A stretch of DNA of 61,692 nt, counting the filler, from Nemertoderma westbladi (Eukaryota > Animalia > Xenacoelomorpha), in assembly GCA_032718475.1 (NCBI GenBank). It is 3 parts of 3 records of this genome, joined end to end, with 100 filler letters (N's around TTAATTAATTAA, not from the genome) between each part and the next. Parts side by side here need not be neighbours in the genome. Positions count along the whole stretch, not along the records: positions 22,668 to 53,824 come from JAUCBJ010004477.1; 2 more parts are not named here. One strand, given 5' to 3'. The position numbers were made by a program, and so were the translations under genes. The notes below the pieces were generated by a model. The model was not told the DNA's origin. It did no database searches and saw only the letters and a program-made list of their open reading frames with translations. Below, in pieces: positions 24,695 through 37,300 of the stretch (position 1 is the first letter of the stretch; each line of letters begins with the position of its first letter).

Positions 24695-26665
24695 GGTGTA
24701 CACGTTCGTGGGGCCTTCGCGCTGCACGAGGCCCAGTTATGAGATACAAATTAAAATTGTGCGACTGTATCACAAAATCAGGTTATGAGATATTAACCCA
24801 CACCACCAATTAATCAAAGAAAGGGGGACAGTACGTGTTCACCCCTTTTAATCTGCACACCCCCCCCCCCCTCCCCCCACCCACCAATACATAACCGCGA
24901 CATCTACCACCCACGGAAGGGTAGCACAAACTTATTTCCAATCGCACGTTAAATATGCAAAGCCAGGTGGTTTATAGGAATATAATAAACGCAGTACTCG
25001 TTTTCATTATAAGCCTCTTTGCGTTCGTCCTGTTTTGTATTTAAATATATTTCTTAAACGCAGGCTAGGACGATCTTTATAATAATAATAACTAGGGATG
25101 CGATCAATATGTGAAGCCAGGTGGTTTATATAACAATTTAGTCAACGCAGTACTCGTCTTCATTATATGCCTCGTTGCGCTCGTCGCTTGTCCTGTTTTG
25201 TCATAAAATATTTTTCCTAAACGCAGACTGACGATCTTTATACAGTTATAACTATGCGAAGTTTCGAAACTGTGCGAGTAACTGTTGATACATCTATGTG
25301 GAGATGTGTGATATGTGGAGATGTGTGATACAACGCCAACGCATCTTATGCCGATGTAGTAATATGGGTATTGAAATAATATTAAATCAATGTACACTCT
25401 TAAAGCTGCAGCGAAAAAATGTAGCTAATTTCCTAGGTTACATATAAAATAATAATATTATTTTTAAGAACATTAATTTTACTACTTTGCAAAAATTCAA
25501 TTAATAAATAACCAGACATATATACATTGTGGAATAAACTATTTCAGAAGCCTACACAACAGCCATGCCATGGATTGTATTTATGTTATTATATCTGTCA
25601 TTTACCTGAGATAGCAATACAACACTTATAGTAGAGTCAATACAGGAAGGATGTTGGGATGTTGGATTTCAAGAATGATGTCTGGGCTGGAATAGCAATA
25701 CTGGTTGCCTATTACAGTACAATTCCTCTCTGGTTAGTCTACAGCCACAACTCTAAGCCAGCTAGCTCCACACCAGCAGAGACTTGACCAATAATCATTC
25801 CCAGCAAATAGCTGCCTTACACACACATCCTTCCATCGTACCAGCATGTTAGCCAATAAATGAGCAGTATTTAATGAGAATCAATTTTTTATGACGTTTT
25901 AATTACTTTAGATCAATTAAAGACACAATTAATAAAGCAAATCACTTGAACTAATTAAAAACTATAATAGAATGGCGTATGTGGATTACATCTGTATAAT
26001 TTTTAAGTATAATTATTTAAATCTTATACTGTAAAACAATTAATTTCCTTTAAAAGGCAGGTTGAAAATGGTGTTTTTACCGTAACCAACTTAATTAACT
26101 AATTAACTGCTATTATCTTAGCTTCTCGAAGGCCACACGGAAATTCTACTTGGAAAATTTCTAAACTTTTGCCAAACAACATGTGTACCAAGTTTGGATA
26201 GATTTCATCAAAGATTGGCTGAGTTATTAACGTTTAAAATTGGACGCGACAGAACGACAGAACGACACGTTCGTGGGGCCTTCGCGCAGCACGAGGCCCA
26301 GTTATGAGATACAAATTAAAATTGTGCGACTGTATCACAAAATCAGGTTATGAGAGATTAACCAACACCACCAATTAATCAAAGAAAGGGGGACAGTACG
26401 TGTTCACCCCTTTTAATCTGCACCCCCCCGCCCCCTCCCTTCCCACCCACCAATACATAACCGCGACATCTACCACCCACGGAAGGGTAGCACGAACTTA
26501 TTTCCAAACGCATGTTCAATATGCAAAGCCATGTGGTTTATAGGAATATAATCAATGCAGTACTCGTCTTCATTATAAGCCTCTTTGCGTTCGACCTGTT
26601 TTGTATTAAAATATATTTATTAAACGCAGGCTGACGCTCTTTATAATAATAATACCTAGGGATGC
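24695..26665 (-). mobile_element. Two direct ~400-bp copies (24695-25100, 26265-26665) of a Helentron/HINE-like end
   Basis: Both begin ACGTTCGTGGGGCCTTCGCGC(T/A)GCACGAGG. The same GTGCTGCGCGAAGGCCCCAC motif occurs at ~7612, ~27652, ~45518 and ~49650. Confidence 0.6.
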
Positions 26666-26996
26666 CAGCTTCCAGACTTTCAATCTTTACTGCCGCGCAA
26701 ACCCCGCAGAGGAAGTTTTGGTTTGAGAGATCAAGCCCATCGGCAATTGGTGTTTCAATTTCGGTCCAGGAACTCTGACAATGGGAGCATTCAATCTTAG
26801 CTGTGGTCTATTCCCGTGGTTTCGGCTTCCTTTTCTTCGTCCCAATGACAGATTCTTCTGAAGACGTTCGATTCGCTTTCAGTTTATTGTTGGCGTTTGT
26901 GTTTTGAAGTTGTATTCGAGTGGACAGTCGCGCCGGTTTCGAGGTAACCATACCGACCTGTGATAAGCGTTGGTTTTGTTGAGTGCCGGTATTCAT
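26665..26996 (-). pseudogene. Probable LINE ORF1 N-terminal remnant (Cys zinc-binding motif + start of coiled coil)
   Basis: Reading through the TAG after KRKPKPRE gives TTAKIECSHCQSSWTEIETPIADGLDLSNQNFLCGVCAAVKIESLEA, a CxxC...CxxC arrangement resembling CR1/L2-type ORF1. Confidence 0.45.
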
Positions 26997-28001
26997 CTTC
27001 TCTCACCTCTTCAATGTCAGATGTTGCAAATACTGATAACACGAATAACGGTATATATTTCAATACTTGTCAATAGTAATATATATAATTTAGATAACTA
27101 TTTTATATCTGTACTGTTGAGCAAACTCTACATAAATTTCAACCTGTGTATCGCCGGTAGGGCTGTTGCTGTGCAAGTGTAGTGCTAGTTGCCACGGTCA
27201 CCGGTCAGCCGGTACCGGTAGTAGGGTGGTACCTACGGTGCGCACTACAACGGCAGTACAGCAATACGGTGTACCGTGCCAATGACTGAATGATTAGCGG
27301 TAACTATCTAAACTATTACTGTATTATATTATTATTACCGGTACCGGTACTGGGCTAATTAGGCCTAAACTATAATCACCGCAAGGGTTGGCGGGGTCAT
27401 GTTTAATTAGATTACATGATATGGCATGTCTGCAGTGTATGGTACCGGCTGACCAGTATTGCAGTATTGACTGATTGCAGGATTCTCGATTCAGGGAATG
27501 AGTACAGCCTGACAGTACCGGTACACATGGTACATGCAGAATTGCAAAATTTGTAAGAAAACCAGCTGATATATCCTACAGTAATAATAATTTAACGCAT
27601 TTTAAATTTGGATAAATAAATTTATTATAACTGCAATAACAGTTACACTGATGCTGCACGAAGGCCCCACGCAAATTCTACTTGGAAAATTTTCAAACTT
27701 TCGCCAAACAACATGTGTACCAAGTTTGGATAGATTTCATCAAGGATTGGCCGAGTTATTAACGTTTAAAATAAAATACTGAAAATAATGTTTTTTGTAA
27801 TAAAATTGAAGAAATTCCACCAAAAATATTTCAATTTACTTTTTTCGCTGGAAAAAAGTAAAATCAGTGCAATCCTATGGGTTACTTTTTTCCTCGGGAA
27901 AAACGTACTTCGAATTCTCGCGATTTTGGGGCGAGAGAAAAAGTAACAATTTACGAATAAAAGACCTTCTTTTACTCGAAATTAATTTCTACTTTGTCCA
28001 A

Positions 28002-28217
28002 CCCCCTCCCCCAAACTGCCCCCTCCCCCAAACTACCCCCTTCCCCAAACTGCCCCCTCCCCCAAACTGCCCCCTCCCCCAAACTACCCCCTTCCCCAAA
28101 TTGCCCCCTCCTCCAAACTGCCCCCTCCCCCAAACTACCCCCTTCCCCAAACTGCCCCCTCCCCCAAACTACCCCCTTCCCCAAACTGCCCCCTCCCCCA
28201 AACTGCCCCCAAACTGC
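28002..28217. repeat. 17-bp C-rich minisatellite (CCCCTCCCCCAAACTGC) x ~12; G-quadruplex-prone minus strand
   Basis: Read directly. Confidence 0.92.
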
Positions 28218-28749
28218 TATTTCGAAAGTTAATTTTTAAAATAATTTATTTTTTGAAAATATAATTACTAGTTGATATGTTTTTAATTAATTTTCAATTT
28301 AAATGTAAACAATATTCAATAATAAGTAAGATATCGACATCAATTTATAAAGCTACTCACCATCATAGTGTAGTACATTACATAGTACATTATAAATTAC
28401 TAGATTACGAGACTTTACAGTAAAATAGTTAATAACTAGTTACATCATTGTGTGCAAAGTAGCACTTTGCAGCATTATGACGCGAGTTTATTTATGTACC
28501 GAGCGAGCGCAGCGAGGGAGGTTTACATAATAAACAAGGGTCTTTAACGCTGAAAAAAGACCTTTGCAAGCAAATGATGTATATAATTTTGTTACATTAC
28601 GTCAGCTTATCAGAGTTCAATATGTGAAAAAATGATTTTATGGATGCTCATTTAAACATTTTAATCATGTGTACTATAACGAATATAAGTGGAATTTATT
28701 AACATGTACACACTATTAATTATATACATATACACTATAACCCTTCATA

Positions 28750-29496
28750 CAACAGCCATTTTTAGGGGGTCGAACACCCCCCCCCCCCCTTTTTCAATTT
28801 CTCAGTTATTTCCATACAAGCCCTTAAAAAATGTATATTTAGCAATGTTACCACCTCCGTAGACTTTATTTTACGTCTTTGAAATGTAATATAGATATCA
28901 TTAGAAGCCCCTTCGTCTGTAGATTCCGAATCTGAAAACCGTTTTAAATTTAACCAAAAAGTGGCAATGATATTATCAAAATACTAATAATGTGCAAATT
29001 TAGAGACGTAAGTCGCTATAATTCTGATGTTTTGTTGTCTTTATTCTAGAATATTAATTATTATTATTTAGCTGAGCGTTTATAACTCTCCATCTTGTTT
29101 TTTCATTACCCATAATTAATATTCTAGAATTGAGTAAAAAACACATTATAATTATTATAGCGATTTACGTCACAAAATTTACACCTTAGTATATTGCGAT
29201 AATATCTCCGAAAGTTCTTGGTGAAATTTAAAACGTGTTTCAGATTCGGAATCTGCAGATGAAATCGGATCTAATGATATCTAGATCTCATTCCAAAGAC
29301 GAAAAATAGAGCCGACGGAGGTTGCTAAATATTGCGAAAGATAGCTCATAAATTAAAAAATCCGGCCAGGCCACCAGTAAGAAAAGGTTTCGATCTATCA
29401 TCATACCAAATTTCGTAGCATTTTATTGAAATTTGAAAAAAATTGGAGGGGGGGGGGGGGGGGGGGGGGGCTCCGACCCCCTAAAAATGGTTGTTG
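28750..29496. mobile_element. Foldback MITE (near-full-length imperfect palindrome) flanked by TA
   Basis: TA|CAACAGCCATTTTTAGGGGGTCG ... CGACCCCCTAAAAATGGTTGTTG|TA; internal inverted pairs AGATTCCGAATCTGAAA / TTTCAGATTCGGAATCT and ATTCTAGAATATTAATTA / TAATTAATATTCTAGAAT. Confidence 0.75.
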
Positions 29497-31491
29497 TACT
29501 GTATTAAGGGTTATGGTGTATATCTAATTAAAGTTTATTGTTGTTAACTCCTGCTTGGATGTGATAAATCTTTGATCCATCGTTGACTGAAGCAAACTAC
29601 CCGTCTGTATCCGTACAGTTTTACTGAACACTGTCGCCGTATTTTCTTTGCTCATTTTCTCTAAAATGTCTTATATAGGACGTATGGAATAAAGTCTTAC
29701 ACGTTAAACAATTATTTACATACAGTAGCTAGTCCCGTCACTGCAAACTGGATAATAAAGCAGCACTCATTAACATAAGTGGAAATAATACATTCTGGAA
29801 TACGGTAATTGAAGTTGTTTCCATGTTATTGATTGCTTTATAGCGTTCCGTCCTATAGGCCGCAACGCTGCAAAGTAGTAGTTTGCAGCGTTAGGAGTAA
29901 TTCACCAGAACGCTGTTAGGTTGACATATAGTAACAAAATATTTCAAAAATAGTAAAGTTATGTTAATTATAGGTAGCTAATTAAAATAACATCAGATTT
30001 TAAGTCACAAATTACTGTAGAATAGTAGTAATCAGATAACACTCAGATATCAACTAAGTCCCAGTTCACACTCATTATTACCGCGATGCTAGCTTAAATA
30101 AAGCCAGCTTGAAACTAAATGAACCCCAGTTTAGTTAACTAACTAGTTAGAGTCGTGGTAGTGTGAATGGGGCCTAACATATGTTAAATAATGGCGATTT
30201 AAATTAAAAACAGCTATAAATGTTAAAACCAGAAAGGTAAACCTTCAATAACAAGCGTAACATTAAATATTAAAACAAACTAAACTAGAAATAAAATTAA
30301 AAACATGACGGACCCTTTGCGGTTTGCGCCATGGGTGCTCCCATTTCTCACTGTTACCATTATATAGCTCCAATATGTTATGCTGAAATAGCCAAGATAT
30401 GCGAGTTTAACTGATATTCTATTTTATAAAATGTTTCACGATTTTTCGACTTTTTAATAGAAAGTAAGGAAAGCGGAAAAAAGTCATTATTATTTCCTTA
30501 TATGGACAATTTTCTCTTCTGAGGTGCAACACCCTGCCCTTGTATTGCTGTTAAATAAAAAAAAACTATTGGGGTGGGGGTGGTGTCTCGTTGCAATAGT
30601 TCAGGAATACGAACCATATGTATGTTGTATCGCTATCAAACAATAACAATCTACAAATTGGATCTAAGCTAGAGTTTGTTTAGGAACTTTAAGTTAGAGC
30701 ACAGTATACGACTTATAGATAGAACATTAAACATTTTAAATATTATACATTTGATAAAATTAAATGTGACCAAAATATGTAGCAACGACTCTCACACAAA
30801 TGTACATGCATTATCACGTTCTTATTGTTTAAATTTTGTTGTGAAGGGCGAATCAAATATAAAAGTTGGTCAACTTAGTAATTGTAGATAAAAAATCGCA
30901 CTACTTTCTCCCTAAGTAACACTAATAATTTATTGTATAGTAAATAAAGTAGAAAATTATATTCACTGTGCTCGAGATATTTGTTTATCGGGCGTAGAAA
31001 TAATACTGAAGAATCGAGAGAAAAATACTTTCTACATTATTTAACCTGCAGCTGCAATGCGTAGTTTTATTTTTATATTGAACATTATTTTCACGACATT
31101 ATATGGTACAATTTGAGTTATCTGACATACGATTCAAATACATTGTTATTGATAATAATTAATGTTCTAGAACATAATCGACGCTTACTGATGTTAGATA
31201 AAAGTTCTAGAATACCAAGTTGCAATTTTTCCGGCTATTATTTACAGACTGGCTATTATATTATAGGGACTTTACGGGTTACTGAATAAATATTGTATAC
31301 TTTTTAAGACGCTTGATAGTCGATCCGTGAAAAAAAGATTGATTGTCTAGGGTTTATGACAGGAGTGAAAATAATGTTCTATTTAAAAATAAAAATGTCA
31401 CAATCACACTTAAAAAATATTAAATGGCAGTTAGCAGTAAGGATGAGAAGGAATCTGTTTTCTCTATTTTGTATTCTAGAACGACTAACAG

Positions 31492-34374
31492 CTACCATGG
31501 TTGCTTTCTCACCCACCGCAATATAATTCCGCTATCGGTACGGGTTTTTATACTCGCTGATTCTGCGGCGCGAACTGTATCCCGAACCGCGGTCATTAGA
31601 TTCTGCGCGTTTCCGACCAACATCTCGGTGGCTTCCAAATCCTCGGTAGTTCCACCATCGGGAATCTCGGAGTCCAACTGTTGTGTCAGATCCCCCAACA
31701 TCGTCGCCTTCACTGTTGACAAGATCTTCAACTGAGTCGCTATCGTCGGCATCTTTTCTGATACCTGGAGTAACATATTCCTCATCCGTTTATCGGTGCA
31801 GCGTTCCGCTTCTCTTCTCGCTATCCGGGTCACTTCGCCCGACTCGTATGCGATCTGTTGGGCCACATCGATCAACGTCTTCTTCGTGCCGCCGCTGCCG
31901 CGAACTAAAGCGCTCATCGTCGCCATCAGTACAGCCATACGTTTGGCAGCAGCTATGATCTCATTCCCAGCGCTCTGCCACTTCTGGACCTCAATGTGGA
32001 GGGAGTGGGCCGCTGTCAGTATCGGCTGGTTGCTCTTTGGGGTCGGGAATTCAGCTTCTTTAGAGTCGTCATCCACGAAGTTAACAGGTAAACTGGAGGG
32101 CTCGGCGTTGGATGTGGTAGGTGCAGGGGGGCGTGGAGGGGGGGACGGTTTAACCGAAAGGTTACCCAACTGAGGTGCCAGCTGCGGGGACAATGCATCC
32201 CCCACGCGGCGCACTGCCGTGCGAAGGCCTTCGTTCTTAACCCGCCAATCAGAATGCTTCCCTGTCTCAGTGATACCAGCCGCTAAAATCTTAGCTGACC
32301 CTACCATAGGGGCGATAGAAGATGCGAGATTGGAAGACGCAACACTGATTCCTTGGCAATACGATTGGTCCTCCGAATTATCTACCTCCTGATTGGCCAC
32401 TGTGAGCACTCTGTTGGAACGCCGCGCGATGCTAGAGGCGCCCTTTACTAGACCAGGGACGTTCCTATCTGCCACTGAGCGCTCACAGAACTCAGTGTCT
32501 CTCCGTATCGCCAACTCATTAGCTCGCACAAACTCTCCTACATCTGTGGCAGAATCGACCAACTTTGTCAGTTTATCTACGTTGTTTAGCCACTCCTTCT
32601 GTAGCATCTCCAGATGTGTTTTGTTCATTCCGTCGTCAGGATTATCAAATACCACGCACGCGATGTTGACCACTTGTTGCGTCATAGACGAGACCGTTCC
32701 TGCCGTGTTCTCCAGGGCCTCGACTAACACGCGGTTTCTAGAACGCCCACGGCGCGCCACAAGCACCGCGGTGGCCACCATCCGATCGACGTGATTGTTG
32801 AACCCGACCTTGGCGGCTCCAAACTCCGTCTGTCTGTTGGGCTGACTCATTGGAAGGTATGCTGTATGAACGAGCTGGCGTAACGGCGAGCTCGTATCCA
32901 TAAAGTCATCCGAAACCTTATCCACTATAGACTCCTGCACGGAGTTATTGAGATCATTCAACAACTTGGCTAGTTGAGACGTTATTTGTTTGGCTTCAGG
33001 GCTGTGAGCTCCTTTGTTTTCTATAGCGGCGTTTAGATTACCGCTTTGTGATACAATATCATCGCAACTACTTAGGATATTAGAACGAACTGCCGGGTTT
33101 ATATTAACGGCATCAGCTAGTTTCCTTGCTTCTGTGACGAGTGCTCCTAAGGCTTGGAAACCGATGTTGTGTTTGGCCCCAAGGGGGTTACGAAGCCATT
33201 GGTTAGCTTGGTCTATCATAGCCGCGAATATTGGCGCGGGTTTAGACGGCCCTGTGTATGCTTGGTTGTGAACCGCAGCTGTTAAAAAGGAATTCAGTAT
33301 ATTTAATTGTTCTAGAATTTCAGCAGCTAATTTTCGAGCTTCGGGAGATTCACCGCGACCTTGGGCCCTAAACCGAGAAAGTTCACCAACATTCCGATCC
33401 ATGCGGTCTCGCAGGGTTTCTATATCCGATCGCAATGGACCGGTAACAATTCTAGAGAAATCCGCGGTCTTTGAGAGAAGTTCCCTGAGGCTCTGCTCCC
33501 CGGCCCCTCCCCCCTCCATGTTGAGATGAATCAGCCAATCGTTAGCCATGTCGATCTTACCAACAATGGAGCCGGCCAATCGCTTCATGGATCTGAGTTC
33601 ATCTTCCTCCCACGAGGCCTCATCACTTGTCGTCAACTGTAACACCCGAACCATCTCGTAGATCTCCTCGCTAATCTGCCGCACCACGTAGTTCCGATTG
33701 TCCACCGCTTGTGGGTACCCCGAGGTGTTCATGGTATTCACCACCATTTTAATAGCGGACACCAGAATGGGGGTTAACGATTTCACGTTAATCAGGGCAT
33801 TACACAGCATCTCACGGTGATTAGCGTGGGTTAACTCCTTTTCCCTCACTTCTATGCTCTTGGTCATGGAGGTCAAACCCGGGGTTAGATTCCTAAGAAA
33901 CGTCGCCAAATCCTCCATGCTGTCCACTACTTCGGAAATGGCGAGATATTCTAGAACGCTTTTACACATTCGTATGATCCTGCGAACCTCTGCCTCATCA
34001 AAGGTCAGTAACAACGCAGAAGTGCCGCTCAAAATGCCCCTAGAACCGCTGATTAGAACCTTTCGAGCTTCTGAAGAATGTGGATCCTCCCTCAACAACT
34101 TTGTCGACTTGATCAGCAACCCCGATGCTTGTTCAACTCGTTCCAACGGGATCGGCATATCTTGCTGGAGTATTTTATCGGAAGTCGACGCGGCTAGGTC
34201 TCGCCCAACCTGTAGGAGATTATCAACGGCACCGGCCACACATCGAACTGGTTCGGTTAGATCTGGGATCGCATTACCGCATTCTCCCTCCTCGTGTAGG
34301 ATAACCAGTTGGGAAACCTGTTGAGCAACCGGTTCTAGAATACTCTCTATAGTTTTCGTATGGAATACAGGCAT
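31492..34374 (-). CDS. Vinc: Vinculin, 960 aa, single coding exon
   Basis: Canonical N-terminus MPVFHTKTIESILEPVAQQ (ATG at 34374; the track's start at 34392 is a GTG), proline-rich hinge PSPPPRPPAP, tail GNEIIAAAKRMA...TQLKILSTVKATM...MLVGNAQNLM...AESASIK...RWVRKQPW. Confidence 0.97.
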   Translation of the reverse strand: MPVFHTKTIESILEPVAQQVSQLVILHEEGECGNAIPDLTEPVRCVAGAVDNLLQVGRDLAASTSDKILQQDMPIPLERVEQASGLLIKSTKLLREDPHSSEARKVLISGSRGILSGTSALLLTFDEAEVRRIIRMCKSVLEYLAISEVVDSMEDLATFLRNLTPGLTSMTKSIEVREKELTHANHREMLCNALINVKSLTPILVSAIKMVVNTMNTSGYPQAVDNRNYVVRQISEEIYEMVRVLQLTTSDEASWEEDELRSMKRLAGSIVGKIDMANDWLIHLNMEGGGAGEQSLRELLSKTADFSRIVTGPLRSDIETLRDRMDRNVGELSRFRAQGRGESPEARKLAAEILEQLNILNSFLTAAVHNQAYTGPSKPAPIFAAMIDQANQWLRNPLGAKHNIGFQALGALVTEARKLADAVNINPAVRSNILSSCDDIVSQSGNLNAAIENKGAHSPEAKQITSQLAKLLNDLNNSVQESIVDKVSDDFMDTSSPLRQLVHTAYLPMSQPNRQTEFGAAKVGFNNHVDRMVATAVLVARRGRSRNRVLVEALENTAGTVSSMTQQVVNIACVVFDNPDDGMNKTHLEMLQKEWLNNVDKLTKLVDSATDVGEFVRANELAIRRDTEFCERSVADRNVPGLVKGASSIARRSNRVLTVANQEVDNSEDQSYCQGISVASSNLASSIAPMVGSAKILAAGITETGKHSDWRVKNEGLRTAVRRVGDALSPQLAPQLGNLSVKPSPPPRPPAPTTSNAEPSSLPVNFVDDDSKEAEFPTPKSNQPILTAAHSLHIEVQKWQSAGNEIIAAAKRMAVLMATMSALVRGSGGTKKTLIDVAQQIAYESGEVTRIARREAERCTDKRMRNMLLQVSEKMPTIATQLKILSTVKATMLGDLTQQLDSEIPDGGTTEDLEATEMLVGNAQNLMTAVRDTVRAAESASIKTRTDSGIILRWVRKQPW

Positions 34375-37300
34375 GTTTCTTCGGGAAGGCACCAGCTATT
34401 ATACTGCCAATTACAATATCATTATTGTTTGTTCGAAAATACTACCATTTGGTAATATTACCATTTGGTAATATTACCATTGTTTCTACAAAACAAATAT
34501 TTATAATTATCAATTTAGGGAGTAATTATTTAATTATGTAATCAATTTCTTAAAGATAAGTACAGCTTAGGTACAACACAGTAGAATAGTTTGCTTTATA
34601 AAGTGGTAAATAATAAATCAATTATATAATTGTTCGAATAAATATAAAGTCACTTTACTTGCAAATGCTACGTCCCATTTATTAGATAAAAAGTCAATTA
34701 ATATCACCACTTATTTTAATGATTCATTTTATAATCATTTAGTTGAAGTAGTTATGGATAAATTGCTACGTACATACGTACATAAATACATACAATTATT
34801 AAAAACTTAAAACAAAATCGTACTCGTCTTCTTTATTCTTAAAATGTGAATTGATCAGATCATCCATACTTGAAACTAAATTCAACGAGCAGATATAGTA
34901 ATATATAGTACAAGAGTCCCCCTTATCACATTTTACTTTATTTATATTACTTTTAAGCAAATATAAACACGAAATATTCTTTAGTTTACAATAAATACAG
35001 AAATTGAAACTATTATGGTTTGTTAGGCTGTCGTATTTCGTAATCCAAAGGGCGGTCACGGCGTTCCAAGTAGGTATTCAGTTCACTGGTAAATAGACCT
35101 ACACAATAAAATAAAAATAATAAAATTGTTGTTAAGAATGGACATAGACAACCACAACAAGAGAACGTAATTAATTATTCTAACAGGAGTGCCATTCCAT
35201 GGAACAGCGGTGGTTGATAAAAGTTATTGTTATAAATCTGGCAACTTTACCTAAACACATTCTTGGCTATGGCTGCCCAGATAATTGTCTCCAAATACAT
35301 ATGGGTGTCCTGGGGTGATACAGCAAATATACAACAATAAAGGCACCTATGCTAACCAGTGGTAGTTATTAAAATATTTAAGAGCCTTTGAATGAGGAGA
35401 CAGGTGCCAATCTTGGAATGTCAGAATGTTCATTGGTCATTGGTGGCCTAGCAGCTATATATAGGACTACTACTGTACAAAAACCAGGTCTTCGAATTCC
35501 CACATTGTTAGTAGATATGTAGGCTACTAAAGATAAAGAATTATGTGAGCCATTAAAACACAGTAATATAACATTAATCCCGCGCAAACAAAACCAGTAA
35601 AAGGGAAATATGCTAAATATACTGTTGTTTACAAACTACAGAACTATGCTTTCACTTAATTCATAATGGTCATGGTAGGTAATACAGTAGTAGGTAGGTA
35701 GTACTGTAATAGTGATGCAAAAAATATAAGGTGTTGTTCGAGTAAGCATGTCACTGCTGTAACACACAATAAGTGCTATTATGGCTTTCTTGGATTTTAC
35801 CGAGCAAAATATAAACAAAAATTATAAAAATTTACTAATTTTCACCATTATCTAGAAATGGCATGTAATGGGCGGCAGGACAGGACAAGGTTAAAGCAGG
35901 GTTGAAAACGCTACGACGACAAAGGACCACCGACAATGAATGACAATGAAATATCTTTCATTTATTTATTTCGCCTATTCCTTTCTCTTAATTGATGAGG
36001 GAAAGGTTTAGTACATATCTGGCAAGTTTCATATAATCTCAGATGTATCAATACATCTGCCACACAACTACAGTAGGATGGATGCATCTCCGGTCGTCCG
36101 CGCAACGCAATCCACAATCCGCGATCCGATCAGTCATGTAATTCATCAGCATCATAAAGACCATAATCAACATCCTTTAGCACACATTCCAGTAACCAGT
36201 ACCCGTAAAGGGTAGAGACGTAAAGGTAACGGGCCGGGCCGGGCCTAACTTATGTTGTGTCCTATGGACACCAATGGAATCTACCCGCCGTAAAAACAAT
36301 TTTTAAGCGCCGTATAAAGTTCTACATTATGTCTACATCCTCTTCAACCTTCGGCAGTACATAATACTGTAACTCAACTTTGAAATAAAATACCGGTAGT
36401 CTTGCTGATTATGGAATAATAATAATGTGCGGATATATATGTGTGATAATGTACCGTATGTAAATGCTTTTAGAATTACATTGAACTTTTAAACATGGCC
36501 TACACCCGCAGCTTACTTATATAACTTTCTATTATTATTAGACTGTACACACCAAACATGTATTGTAATATGCAAACACGAAGATCTTTATCACAATGAC
36601 AAATAAATATAATGTCATGATTATATTGGGATATTCATTGTCAATATGACTGTAAATAAGATAAGAATTATCATTTTTGTATGTACTGTACCTATCCTAT
36701 ACCCATAGCGTACAGTACATTGATAATTGAATTTCCTTAAAATTTAGGGACGGCAAGGCAGTAGTAAGTAGTGCATTGTAACAGATGGCGGGCCCTAAAT
36801 GGCTAAGATAAATAACATTTTAATAAAATTCCATGATGAAATCACCTAAAAAGATAGGAAACTGGAGGCAAATTCTATTCCTGTGAATCAATAACTCGTC
36901 TCCATGTTAAATAATCAATTAAGCAGAAAAGGAGCAGGTTACAGTGGTTTGTTATTCTAACCAAAACAATAAACTAAAAGCAATAGAACAGGTTACAGTT
37001 TATTTCCCAGCCCAGGCTCTTAGGCCTGGCTCCCTATTTAAAATATTGTATATAACGTAGACGTGTAGACCTACAATACACGCGTACTCCTCACCTGAGC
37101 AAACATCCATAACCAAACCATAAAACCTCAACCTCAACCTCAACCTCACATGAATGATGATTCCCGTCCTCGGGAATCATCATTCACGTCCTCGGTCCTC
37201 TATCTGCCTGGACTGGGTTGGGTAGGTTAAATTATCATACGTAATGTAAATTTTTCTCAACCTTACGATGGATGGCCGAGAACGGCCATAATTTTCATAA

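Noticed and set aside
31424-34324. Plus-strand ORFs overlapping vinculin, and the GTG start at 34392
   Set aside because: Antisense shadows; the conserved MPVFHT start is the ATG at 34374.
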